Shown piece after piece: positions 39,579 to 51,300 of a stretch of DNA of 64,000 bases. Source of the stretch: Bacteroidota bacterium (GTDB taxonomy: Bacteria; Bacteroidota; Bacteroidia; NS11-12g; UBA955). Each line of letters opens with the position of its first letter. The first letter of the stretch is position 1. Position numbers and translations under genes: made by a program. The notes under the pieces are model-generated. The model was given only the letters and a program-made list of their open reading frames with translations, was not told the DNA's origin and searched no databases. The stretch is taken from the NCBI GenBank assembly GCA_030830065.1, contig JAURNR010000015.1, positions 10,135 through 74,134 on the forward strand, written 5' to 3'.

Positions 39579-40772
39579 ATGAAACAAAACGGCGCGCGAA
39601 AAGGTGGACGCAGATTGAGACTTTCAAAAGTTTTTAAAGAATTCTTCCAAAATCAACAATCTTCTGGGATTTTACTAGTTGCATTTACAGCAGTTTCTTT
39701 ATTTATCTCAAATAGTATTTGGGGCGAAGATTATTTAAAACTTTGGGACTTTGAATTTGGTACAGAGGTATTTCATTTACATCTTAAACACTCGGTAACT
39801 GATTGGATTAATGATGCCTTAATGGCAATTTTCTTCCTTCTTGTTGGAATTGAAATTAAAAGGGAACTGATTGAGGGCGAGTTGAGTGACAGAAAGAAAG
39901 CGATGCTTCCTGTTATTGGAGCAATTGGCGGAATGTTAATTCCTGCACTATTTTATTTTTTCATAAATATGAATAGTCCTAAAACTCTTTCTGGAATCGG
40001 AATTCCTACTGCAACAGATATTGCATTTGCAATTGCAATTTTAGGTATGTTAGGAGATAAGGTTCCGCCCGCATTAAAAGTATTTTTAACAGCGCTAGCC
40101 ATCATTGATGATTTAGGAGCAATATTAGTTATAGCCATATTTTACGGTCAACCCATTTCTGTTCCTTGGTTAGGTGTTGCCGCTGGATTCATAGTGCTTC
40201 TTGAAATCGCCGATAGAAAGAATTGGGATTACATTTGGTTATATGCAGTTCTAGGTATTGGATTATGGTTTGCTATGTTGCATTCGGGTATTCATGCTAC
40301 TATTTCTGGAGTAATTCTAGCATTTATGTTGCCAAGGCAAACGAATATCGAAAAGAAAATTGCAAATCAGATAGAGCATAGCCTAAGTTGGTGGGTTTCA
40401 TTTATAATATTACCGTTATTTGCTGCTGCTAATACAGCTATACAACTAGATTTAAATCTTTTAGATCAATTAGTTACCCCACTATCATTAGGAGTGTTCT
40501 TTGGCCTTGTTTTAGGCAAACCATTAGGAATTTTTACCTTTTCTTGGCTAGCACACAAATTGAAATTCGCTGAAATATCTGCTAATATCCCTCTCAATAA
40601 ATTACTCTATGCGGGTATTTTAGGAGGAATTGGGTTTACTATGTCAATATTTGTTGCTAATCTTGCCTTTAACGATGTTACTCTTATCAATATCGGTAAG
40701 GTAAGTATTATTATTGCTAGTGTTACTGCTGCAACTGTTGGATATTTAGGATTTAAATTCTCGAAGAATTAA
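39579..40772 (+). CDS. nhaA: Na+/H+ antiporter NhaA
   Basis: WINDALMAIFF...EIKRE, IPTATDIAFA, FLTALAIIDDLGA, SGIHATISG, GKPLGI and GIGFTMSIF. Confidence 0.96.
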   Translation: MKQNGARKGGRRLRLSKVFKEFFQNQQSSGILLVAFTAVSLFISNSIWGEDYLKLWDFEFGTEVFHLHLKHSVTDWINDALMAIFFLLVGIEIKRELIEGELSDRKKAMLPVIGAIGGMLIPALFYFFINMNSPKTLSGIGIPTATDIAFAIAILGMLGDKVPPALKVFLTALAIIDDLGAILVIAIFYGQPISVPWLGVAAGFIVLLEIADRKNWDYIWLYAVLGIGLWFAMLHSGIHATISGVILAFMLPRQTNIEKKIANQIEHSLSWWVSFIILPLFAAANTAIQLDLNLLDQLVTPLSLGVFFGLVLGKPLGIFTFSWLAHKLKFAEISANIPLNKLLYAGILGGIGFTMSIFVANLAFNDVTLINIGKVSIIIASVTAATVGYLGFKFSKN

Positions 40773-40838
40773 ATCAAAAAGAAATTTTAGAATGCGAACA
40801 AACTGATATAACTTCATATATTTGATTTAATTACTGCT

Positions 40839-41207
40839 ATGAAACAACATGTTCGAAATAAAGCTTACCTAGCAGGTGGAATAATCCTGAGCATACTAGG
40901 AATACTTTGGCTAATTCATGCACTGGGAATTGATGTACCCGAGATTATTGTGTCATTCCCGAGTTTGATAATGCTGATAGGTTTAATTACACTAATTCAA
41001 ACAAAATTTAAAAGTGAAGTTGCTTGGGTGATTTTTGGGTTTGGTGTGGTTTTAATGTTAAATAAACTGTTTCCAAATCAAAATATTTGGCAAATTGGCT
41101 TAGCTGGATTGTTATTAATTCTAGGCTTATATTACCTCTTCAAATACTTTACAGAGACAAAAGAGGTACCCGATTTTAGCACTGAAAAAGAAAACAAGAA
41201 AATCTAA
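40839..41207 (+). CDS. Small 4-TM membrane protein (LiaF/DUF5668-like)
   Basis: Four hydrophobic segments (GGIILSILGILWL, FPSLIMLIGL and others), with its own -7 box TATATTTG at 40817. Confidence 0.6.
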   Translation: MKQHVRNKAYLAGGIILSILGILWLIHALGIDVPEIIVSFPSLIMLIGLITLIQTKFKSEVAWVIFGFGVVLMLNKLFPNQNIWQIGLAGLLLILGLYYLFKYFTETKEVPDFSTEKENKKI

Positions 41208-41245
41208 ATTAAAAGTTTTGGCATTACATTTGTAGTACATAGCAT

Positions 41246-41731
41246 ATGATGAAACGATTATTACTTTTTACTTTGGGATTTGTAGGACTATTTAATTTTG
41301 CCAAAGCTCAATTAATAGTTTCGGCAACTGAATTTGCGCGTAACCCAGCGCTTTACAATGGCAGAACCATTATTCTAACAGGTGTAGAAGTAAATATCAA
41401 CAATCCCGCTAATACAGCAAATGCTTCAATTGGTTCGGTGGCAACACCAGTAGCAACTTTAACAGGTCCAGTATCCGTATCGCCCGTTGCTCCCACTAGA
41501 CCCCAAATTGGAGGCACAACTACTCCAACAGGAACAACAACTATTCAACGCTGCAACCCTCCTAAAGGATGGTTAATTACAGATGTTGAACTACCTAATA
41601 ACTTGCAACAGTGTTTTGTAATTTATGATAAAATGGCAACCACCCTTCCAACTCAAAAATTCAATGCGGATTTAACATTGAGAGTTGATACTCGTTTGAT
41701 GCATAGAATAACTAGGGTTAAGGTTAATTAG
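41246..41731 (+). CDS. Secreted hypothetical protein with Pro/Thr-rich insert
   Basis: Signal peptide ending AKA-Q, -7 box TACATTTG at 41225, followed by a terminator. Confidence 0.75.
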   Translation: MMKRLLLFTLGFVGLFNFAKAQLIVSATEFARNPALYNGRTIILTGVEVNINNPANTANASIGSVATPVATLTGPVSVSPVAPTRPQIGGTTTPTGTTTIQRCNPPKGWLITDVELPNNLQQCFVIYDKMATTLPTQKFNADLTLRVDTRLMHRITRVKVN

Positions 41732-41750
41732 AAAATTGGAAAATAATATA

Positions 41751-41781
41751 AAAAAAGGCGTTGAATTTCAACGCCTTTTTT
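41751..41781. terminator. Bidirectional intrinsic terminator
   Basis: AAAAAAGGCGTTGAA-t-TTCAACGCCTTTTTT perfect inverted repeat between convergent genes. Confidence 0.85.
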
Positions 41782-42304
41782 ATATAGGGAACCAGCTCTC
41801 CGATCCTCTAGAATAGCCTCTACCAAATCCTCCAGTTCCAGTATCAAATCGAACACCTAATTCCATTAGTAAAGAAACTGGTGGAGTCCAATGATCTGCA
41901 GGATTCAATATATATGACCCTTTTATTCTAAGAAAAGTAAAATCTGATTCACTAAATATTTGAAGTTGAGTAAATAGACCTTGTGCTTTTAATTGATCTT
42001 GAAAAAAATCGTACCGTTCATAGCCAAAAGTAAGGATTGCCCTTTCGCTGTTTACGAGATGGTAACCCAAATTAAACATAGCATCTGTAAATCTAACTGC
42101 ACTAGCACCTATATATAAATTTCCAGCAATTGTAGCGTTCACTGAAATTGAAGGTTGTACTTGTTTATCCTCAAAAACTGGAATATAAATAGCACCCAAA
42201 GACATATCAATTGAAGCTATATCTTCAGTAAATAATTGCGCGGAAGCATCCTTACCGATTAAAGAGATTAAAATAATAAGAACGGTATTTTTTACCCCAA
42301 ACAT
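41780..42304 (-). CDS. Hypothetical small outer-membrane beta-barrel-like protein, probably co-transcribed with the giant gene
   Basis: Signal peptide (ASA-Q), alternating amphipathic strands (NLYIGASA, FNLGYH, LTFGYERY, MELGVRF); starts 11 bp after the giant gene's stop codon. Confidence 0.6.
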   Translation of the reverse strand: MFGVKNTVLIILISLIGKDASAQLFTEDIASIDMSLGAIYIPVFEDKQVQPSISVNATIAGNLYIGASAVRFTDAMFNLGYHLVNSERAILTFGYERYDFFQDQLKAQGLFTQLQIFSESDFTFLRIKGSYILNPADHWTPPVSLLMELGVRFDTGTGGFGRGYSRGSESWFPI

Positions 42305-42315
42305 TTATTGAAATA

Positions 42316-45300
42316 TTATCGGAGTAAAATAACTGTTTTCTTCAGTGCCCCCCCTTCTTCATTTCCAAATCTAGGTGGGTTTGACAATATTGATTCATCT
42401 TCACTACAGAAAGACGAGTAGTCTACTTCAACTACATAAACTTGAGTCATATAATTATCGCCACTTTTATCTCTTCCATCCCAACCTTGGTTATATCCTT
42501 CCCAAATTTTCTGACCCCAACGGTTATAAACCTTCATCCTATAGTTGGTAATTGCATCGGTTTTAACTGGCTCAAGAACATTGTTTATAAGATCATTATT
42601 CGGAGTGAATGCATTAGGTAATTCAATATAATCTGGCTCCTTGACTTCTACATCGATGATTTTTTCATCAATACATCCTTTATCGTTAATTACACGCAAC
42701 TTAATGGAGTGAATTCCCAAATCTTCAGTTTGATATTTTGTTATCTCATCAGTTGAGATGAGTTCATTATCGAAGTAGTACTCGGTCCTCCAAGCCCCTG
42801 TACTCGAACTGTTTAGATTAAAATCTTCGTTTTGAATAGGATATTTACATCTCAATGTTAAGTCAAAGTCAGCGGTTGGATTTGAATAAACTGAAACAAA
42901 CTGACTTGTTGAATCAATACAACCAAATTGTGAGTACCCTATCAACTTATATGTACCCTGCTTAGTTCTATCCATAGGACTTAAAGACAAAATCAAATCA
43001 GTTGTTTTGCGAATATTTAAATTATTTGGTCCCAACCAGTCAATGGAATCAGCATCAGTATTTGCTACTAATTTTAAACTTTCTCCATCACAGTAAATTC
43101 CATTTTTAATATCATCAATAGCTACGATTGGTTTTGGACGGACTCTTACTTTTGTTTCATATATTCCAGTACATGACCATTTATCAGATATAGTAACTCT
43201 GTAGGTACCATTGTCGTTTAATGTTACTGGGTTCAATACATAATTTGGAGAATTTACGATATTTCCCGTTGGACCTTCCCAAGTATAATTTACTCCACCC
43301 TTAGCTTTTAATACTAATAATGAGCCCTCACAAACTTCTCTATCTGGTTCTACTGATATACTGTCTAGACCAACTTGTAACCTGTACATTGCCGTATCGT
43401 AACAGCCAGCATCTGAAATACCTTTTACTAGGTAAATACCTGTATCGGACTTTTGAATGTTTGTTAAACGATGGGTAAATCCATAACCAATGGTATCAAA
43501 TCCGAATGGATTGAATCTAGGTCTAAACCACGCATAATTATCTGTACCACTAGCGATTAGATCAACATTTGAACCAATACAACCAATTTTTGGATCCGAT
43601 GTGATTGAAACAATTGGATTTAGATTAACTTTTACGTGAACTAATGCCTCATCTTCACACCCATAACGGTCTTGGGCTGTTATCTTATAATATCCATTTT
43701 TAGTTCTATCAACATTGGCCAGACGTAACGTTGAATCCGAACTCCAACCAAAATTTGTAGATCCATAGGACCAATTATAACTAACTCCTTCATTCATGTA
43801 TGAGGTAAGAATGAGACTGTCAAATTCACATATCTGAACTGAGTCGGATGGTAAAATAACAGGATTATGTGGTCTTTCATCCACCTCATAGAAGGTATCT
43901 ACGAAACAACCTTTTTCATCCTCAACACGAACAAAATAAAGTCCCTTGCTTAAACCACTCAAAGTACTATCTATAACATTGTTTGGTTTCTGCGTCCAGG
44001 TGTATGTATAATTTCCATTTCCACCAGAGGCTGTTACTTCTAATTCACCGTTTGATCCACCCTGACAATCTACAGGTTTGTTGATAGTATTGAAAATAAC
44101 CAATGGATCGGGTTGTTCCACCGACACTTGGATATCCATTGTATCAGGACACTGATTTTTATCGGTAACAAACAATTGATAATATCCTTCTCCAGCTGCA
44201 ATCAATGGCATTCCTGAGGCAAAGAAAACATCATCTTTAAACCACTGATACTTGTAATCAGCAGTACCACCAGAAACTGTAACATAAGCTTTTCCATTTG
44301 CTTCCCCATAGCAACGTACATCCACTGTTGAATCAAGAGCAAATTGCATTGGTTCAGGTTGTGTAAGCTGAATGTTTAATCTGGAAGAAACACAGAAATT
44401 CTCATCTCGCACCTCAACTGTATGCACACCGGCTTTAAGATTATTTTTTACATTCCCTCCATCCATCATATCTCCATCCCAGTAATAGGTATACTTATTT
44501 CCTGGATATGGTGTTCCTCCCCATGCGGTAATGGAAACCTTACCCGTAGAATCAAAGCATTTGATTTCCTTAAGCACTTTATAACTTGCCTGAACTTGTA
44601 ATGGTTGATTAATAGTAACAGAGGTAGAATCTATACATCCGTTATTATCAGTAGCCACTAAATAATACGTACCCGCAGGTATTTTTGTGAGGTTCGATCC
44701 AAAATATTGATTGGTTCCTTTAGTCCAAACATATCTATACGGCGAAGTACCACCTGAAATATTCTTAACAGAAGCCCCACCTGTTGAAGAATTATAACAA
44801 ATAGCATTCGAATCCAAACTAGCAGTAACTAACAATGGATCAGGCTCGTCAAAGAAATAACTTCCTGCGCTCTCACAACCATTATTATCTCTAATTGTAA
44901 CTTGGTAAGTTCCTGCCGGAGCAGAACTAATGTAATTTGTTGGGGTAAAGCTTGCGCCATTCCAAGAATAAGTGTATGGTCCTGACCCACCAGAGGCAAC
45001 TATTTCTAATCTACCTGTCATACCATGACAAGGTATTGCGTCTAATATTCTAACTATCGGTGTATCCGGATTTTGCAGAACATTCACATACTGCAATGTA
45101 TCATCCACACAACCAAAAGTTGAGATTGCTCTTAACAATACTGGGAATGCACCTGTACCTGTATAAGAACGACTAGGACTCATACCTGAATCGATATCTG
45201 ATGGTGAGAATTCCCAAGCATATTTAAGTGAACCGTTACCCGTAGGTATGGTACTATTATTTACAAAATCAAACTTATTACTCGATAAACACTGGTTCCA

Positions 45301-48300
45301 ATTATTCACATCAAAATTTGCCGTTGGCATTTCATAAACTCGAATCCAAGTATCTTTAACATCAAAACAACCATAACTACTTACAACTTTATAAGTCACC
45401 AAATAGGTACCTGGTTTGGTATATGTTAACGATGTATCGGTTATTGCAGTGGCTCCGTTTCCAAACGACCATTCATGATTTAGACTACCTCCACCCATAG
45501 GTATCTTACTCATGCTTGTATATGAGAATCGATTATTTAGTAAACATTGATCATAATCATTTACTACAAAATCGGCAACTGGTTCAGGATAGATTTCAAC
45601 CGTACTGGAATCTATTGTAGTACATCCTTTATTAGAAATACTATGTAAATAAATCCAGTATTTACCCGAATTCGGGAATGAAGTAGAGAAACTATCCTGT
45701 TTAGATAATATTTGAGTATCTCCTTTACTCGTCATCCATGTGGAGCGCAAGAATGAATTATCACTAATACTTGAGCTATCATGGAATGTGAACGAACTAT
45801 TTCCTTGACAAACTGATAATCCTGCATTATTGTTCACCAATCTAGGTGTTGGCGTTGGGAATACAGTAACCGCCTTTGTAAAGCTATCAACACAGTTATT
45901 GTTCAGTACCATTGTTAATTTGACATCGTACTTCCCTGGATTTGCATAATAATGTCTGAAGGTATCTTTGTACACAATACTACCATCACCCATATCCCAT
46001 TTTGTTGTAAGCCACTTATTTGCAGTATTATTGGTGGTATTGGTAAATTTAATTGTACCACCAAAACAAGAATCTTTTACATCAAAACTAATCTCTGGTT
46101 GTTCTCTAATTCTAATTTGAGTAGCCGCATTTCCTATTGAGTCTTTACATCCCCTATCTGAAATAGCAACTAATTTTACTTGATAGTCACCTGGCTGTCC
46201 ATAAGTATGACTAGGATCTTTAAGTGTGGAACCTACGCCATCACCAAAGCTCCATTCAAAAGTAAGTGAACCACTATCTATCGTAGACTTATTGGTGAAG
46301 TCGATAGCTTTATTCTGACCACATTGATTGTTGCTCGAAGGTGTGAACATTGCATTAGGAACAGAATAAACCTCTACTTTCTGACATATTGTATCTTGAC
46401 AAGTACCAATTCCGTTATCAGCGATAAGACAAACATTTCGAATTCCCGAAGAATTAAATAAATGTTTAGGATCTCTCTTATTTGAAGTTATTCCCGATTC
46501 TAATAACCATTCATACTTCACAAAATTGGTAGTATCGATAGTTGTATTACTAAAATGAATTGGATATCCTTCACAGGTATCTTTGAAGTCAAAGCCAGCA
46601 TCTGGTTTACTAATTACTTCAACTTTCAGTGAGTCTTCATCAGCACAACCATAAATATTTGTAGCACGGAGGACCACACTATACTTACCATAATTCGTAT
46701 ACGTATGCCTTACGTTTTGTTGATTATTAAATATACCATCGCCAAAATTCCAATTGAATTTTGTTTGGGTTCCATATTGTATGGTAGAGTCAGTAAATAC
46801 AAATAGATTTCCGGATCCACATTGGCGATCTCTATCTACTTTAAATCTAACAATAGGTTTTGGATATGCTTTAACGGTTTGAACCGTACTATCAAAACAT
46901 CCATTAGAAGTAGTAACTCTCAGAATAACTTGATATACACCACCTGTATCATATTGGCTCTTCGGATCTTTTAAGTTACTGGTTTTACCATTACCAAAAT
47001 CCCAATTATAATACATTACGTCATTGTTAACATAGCTAGTGTTGGTAAACTGCATATTGAGCCCAAGAGTACATGTATCTTTTTGCACAAAACCAGCCGT
47101 TGGACGGTTATAAATATTTATGGTTTCATAGGATGTATCTCTGCATCCTCCGTTCCCCTCAATAATCAATGCAACCTTAAACTGACCAAAAGTATTATAC
47201 GATTTTGTTGGATTTTGTTTGTTTGATGTGGTTGAATCACCAAAATCCCAGAAATATTTCAATTGGTTTCCAGTTGAATATTGTGAAATACTCTTGAACT
47301 GGAATGCAGTATCATTTCCGCATTGAGAAGTTTTTACATCTATACCTGCTTGAATTCTATCATATACGGTAATGGTATCTATAAAACTATCTATACATCC
47401 AAAATCACTTGTTGCTCTTAAAGTAACCCGGTAATCACCAGATTGATTATAGGTAAAATAAGGGCTTTGTTGAGTACTTGTGAATCCACCTGATCCAAAA
47501 TTCCAGAAATATTTCAAGGTACCTGAAGCTATGCTAGATCCATTAGCAAAGCCAACGGTAGAGCCATTCGAACAATTTGATGCTACTGCATATTTTGGCT
47601 TTGGCATCGGCATTACACGGATAGGTTTGGTAATACTATCGGTACAACCTTGATTGGTTGCGGCAATCAATTTAACATTGTATACTCCCTCTGATCCATA
47701 AATATGGAACGTATCCTTAGCATTAACTTGTGAAGATGAATCACCAAAATCCCAAGTATAGGTCATATTACCAAATGCAAGTTTTGATTTATTTGTGAAT
47801 ACGTATCTGTTTTGTGCCAAACATTGGCTATCTCCATTAGTTATGAAATCTGGTCTTGGCCTTGGTTGAACTTCAATTTGAGAGGTAAACGTATCTTTAC
47901 AGCCATTTAAATCTGTAACTGTAAGAGTCACAGTTTTATATCCATGCGAACTATACTTAACATCCTGCGGTTGTGCCGTAGTATCAATTCTTGGAGTTGC
48001 ATCTAAACCGAAATCCCATCTCCAAGCCACAAGCTTTGATCCATTTAATGGAGTTGAACCATTAGATGTAAAGGTAAAGGTATGATTATTTAAACATTGT
48101 GCAACCTGATTTACTGACCAGAAAGCATCTGGTTTTTCTCGCACACGAATAACAGAAGTAAATGTATCGGTACAGGTATTCGAATCCGTCACTGTTAATG
48201 TAATTGTCTTATATCCGTGATATGAGTATGTTACATTTGATGGATTTATTGCACTTGAAGTACTTGGACTGGAGAAACTACCGAGTTTCCAATTATACGC

Positions 48301-51300
48301 TACTAATTTTGAATTTTTTGTAGGATTTGAATAGTTAAGAGCATCGAAATTAAATTGATTATCATCAAAACACTGATCATCATTATTCACTATCCAACCC
48401 GCCACTGGATTTGGAAGTATTCTAACAGTCGATATAATTGAATCATAACACCCATTAGTATCTTTTACAATTAATCTTACACTCTTTAATCCAGTATCAG
48501 AGTATGTTACACTAGTTGGATTAGCTCCGAATGCTTTATTCGGATTTGCTGTGTTATCTAAACTGAAATCCCATTCATATTGTACCAGTTGAGAACCACT
48601 TACAGCTGTAGAACTTGAAGCAGAATAACTGAATTTATTCTCCTGATAGCATTGAACACCACTATTTACTGTCCAACTTGCTTTTGGATGATTTTTAATA
48701 AACACACTTGATTTAAATGTATCTGAGCACCCATTAATATCTGTAACTGTTAATACAACATCCTTATATCCTAAAGCTGTATAACTAACCCCACTGTAAG
48801 ATTGTGTACTTGCATTTTTAGGGAAAGATTTATCGCCAAAATCCCACTCATAAGTACTAATTTGACTACCAGAAGCCGGAGTGCTATTAGTTCCACTATA
48901 ATTAAATTCATTTCCGCGGTAACAATCATCGGGTTTATTTGAAGTCCATCTTGCAATTGGTTCTTCTTCCACTCTAACCTTAGATGTTATAGAGTCTATA
49001 CACCCGGCGGCATTCTTAACAATTAAGGTAACGTCCTTTTCACCGTAATTTGAAAACTTAACATTATTGATTCGTTTTGAACTTCCAGTACTCGGAGTAC
49101 CATCGGGTTCAAATCTCCAAGTATATTGAATTGATGAATTTTGACTTAATGCATCGTTACTTTCAAAATTGAAATTCTGTATTTTAAAACATTGCGTATC
49201 GTTATTTACAGTCCATTGTGCCACTGGACTCTCATAGATAACCACATTCAATTTAGATGTATCAGCACATTCATTTTTATCTTTAATGATCAGCTGAATT
49301 GTTTTTGTACCTGCGGTCGAATATGTTAAGTTCTTGACCGTGTCATTTATTGAGCTTTGAGGTGAAGATCCCGAACCTAAAGACCAATAGAACGAGTCTA
49401 ACTGAGAATTTGTTACGGCATTAGAATTTGAAGCTGTAATATCAAAAGAGTTTAGGTACTTACATTGAGAAGAGCTACTTAAATTGGTAATTCTTGCAGT
49501 AGGATGTTCCTTCACATTTACATTTCGATCCATCGTATCAGAACATCCATTAGAATCCAAAATGATTAACCTAATGGTCTTTTTTCCTGTTGTATTGTAT
49601 ACAATTCTATTTACATCTGCTGAATAAGAAATGCTTGGTGATGCAGTATTCGGGCTATTAAGATCAAAGTCCCATATACTTCTTTTAATCTTTGTTCGAG
49701 TACCTAAAACATCATTGCTGTAAGATGAACTGTTTACCCGGAATTCATTTGATCTAAAACATTGACTTGTATCTGCAATACGGAAATCAGCCGATGGATG
49801 AGGCTTTACAATTAATGGTAAAGAATGGTAGTGAGTACATCCGTTAGAATCAGTAACGGTTAGTGATACCTGATAATTTCCAGCCACACTATATGTAACA
49901 TTATTGACGGTTGAGCTTGTCGAAGAAGAAATACTTGCATTACTTCCAAAATTCCAGTAATAAGACTTCAGTGCTGTACCTGTAGCGTTTACAGTTTTTG
50001 AAGATGGCTTTACATTAAATACATGTCCTCTGTAACAAAGTTCAGTAGTCATGTTTTCTATTTCAGCCACTGGGTTTTGTAAGACTTGAATATTTGATGT
50101 AAAGGTATCTTGACATCCATTTAAATCCGTAATTGTTAACGTTACCGATTTATTTCCAGATGAATTATATCTAACACTATCCTTATCTGCATTGGTCGAG
50201 CCCTGCGGTGAAGCATTTGTGCCAAAATCCCAATCATAACTTACGATACTAGAATTGGTTGAAGAGTTAGAGTTTGTTGATTTAAAATCAAAATAATTTT
50301 CATTTTTACATTGAACGTTTTTATTAACAGTCCACTCAGCGTAAGGGTTAGGTAATACTTTGACATAATCGATAGCTGTATCCCTACAACCATCAACATT
50401 TTCAACTATCAAACGAACAGTGTAATCTCCTGCAGCGCCATAAGTAACTCCAATAACTGAGTCTAGAGTTGAGCTAATACTGTTACTACTATTACTAAAT
50501 ATCCAATATTTATTTTTAACTGTAGATTGTTTACCTGCATAAACATTTGAAGATCCAAAGTTGAAACTATTTGCCTGGAAACATTGAGTATCAGAGTTAA
50601 TTGAAATACGCGCTGTAGGATTATCAAGTATCTCAATTTGATTAGTGAAAGTATCTGTACAACCATTTGCATCACCTACAATCAAAGAAACATTATTTAA
50701 TCCTAAAGTATCATAGATTACATCATTTGGAATTTGCTTATTCGAAGTTTTAGGTTGAGTACCATTTCCAAAGTTCCAATTATAGGTTGATAAAGTAGAA
50801 CTATTTACAGCTTGTGAATTGGATCTAAATACAAAAATATTTTGATTTTTACATTGATCTGAATCGTTAACAGTCCAAGACGCTGTTGGATGCTCAAGAA
50901 TTATTGAATTTCTTGATACTGTATCGAAACATCCATTTAAATCTTCTACTACAAGGATAATATTTTTGGTCCCTGTTTGATTGTATGAAGTACTCACACT
51001 GTTATTACTTGTTCTAACAACTGGAGCACTAGTAGTGGATTGATTGCCTAAGGAATCCCAGATATATTTCTTTGCACCATTGACCCAAGTTGGGTTTGGT
51101 TTAAACACAAGTGAATTTCCTCTCAAACATTGTACAGAATCATTAAAATAAAAACTAGCTACAGGATGTTCTTTAACGGTTACATTAAGGGAGAAGGTGT
51201 CCGAACAACCATTGGAATCATTAACAGTGAACACGACTTTCTTTGTACCCGTTGAGCTATATGTTACCTTATTGGTATTAGCAGTTGTTGAACTTGATGG

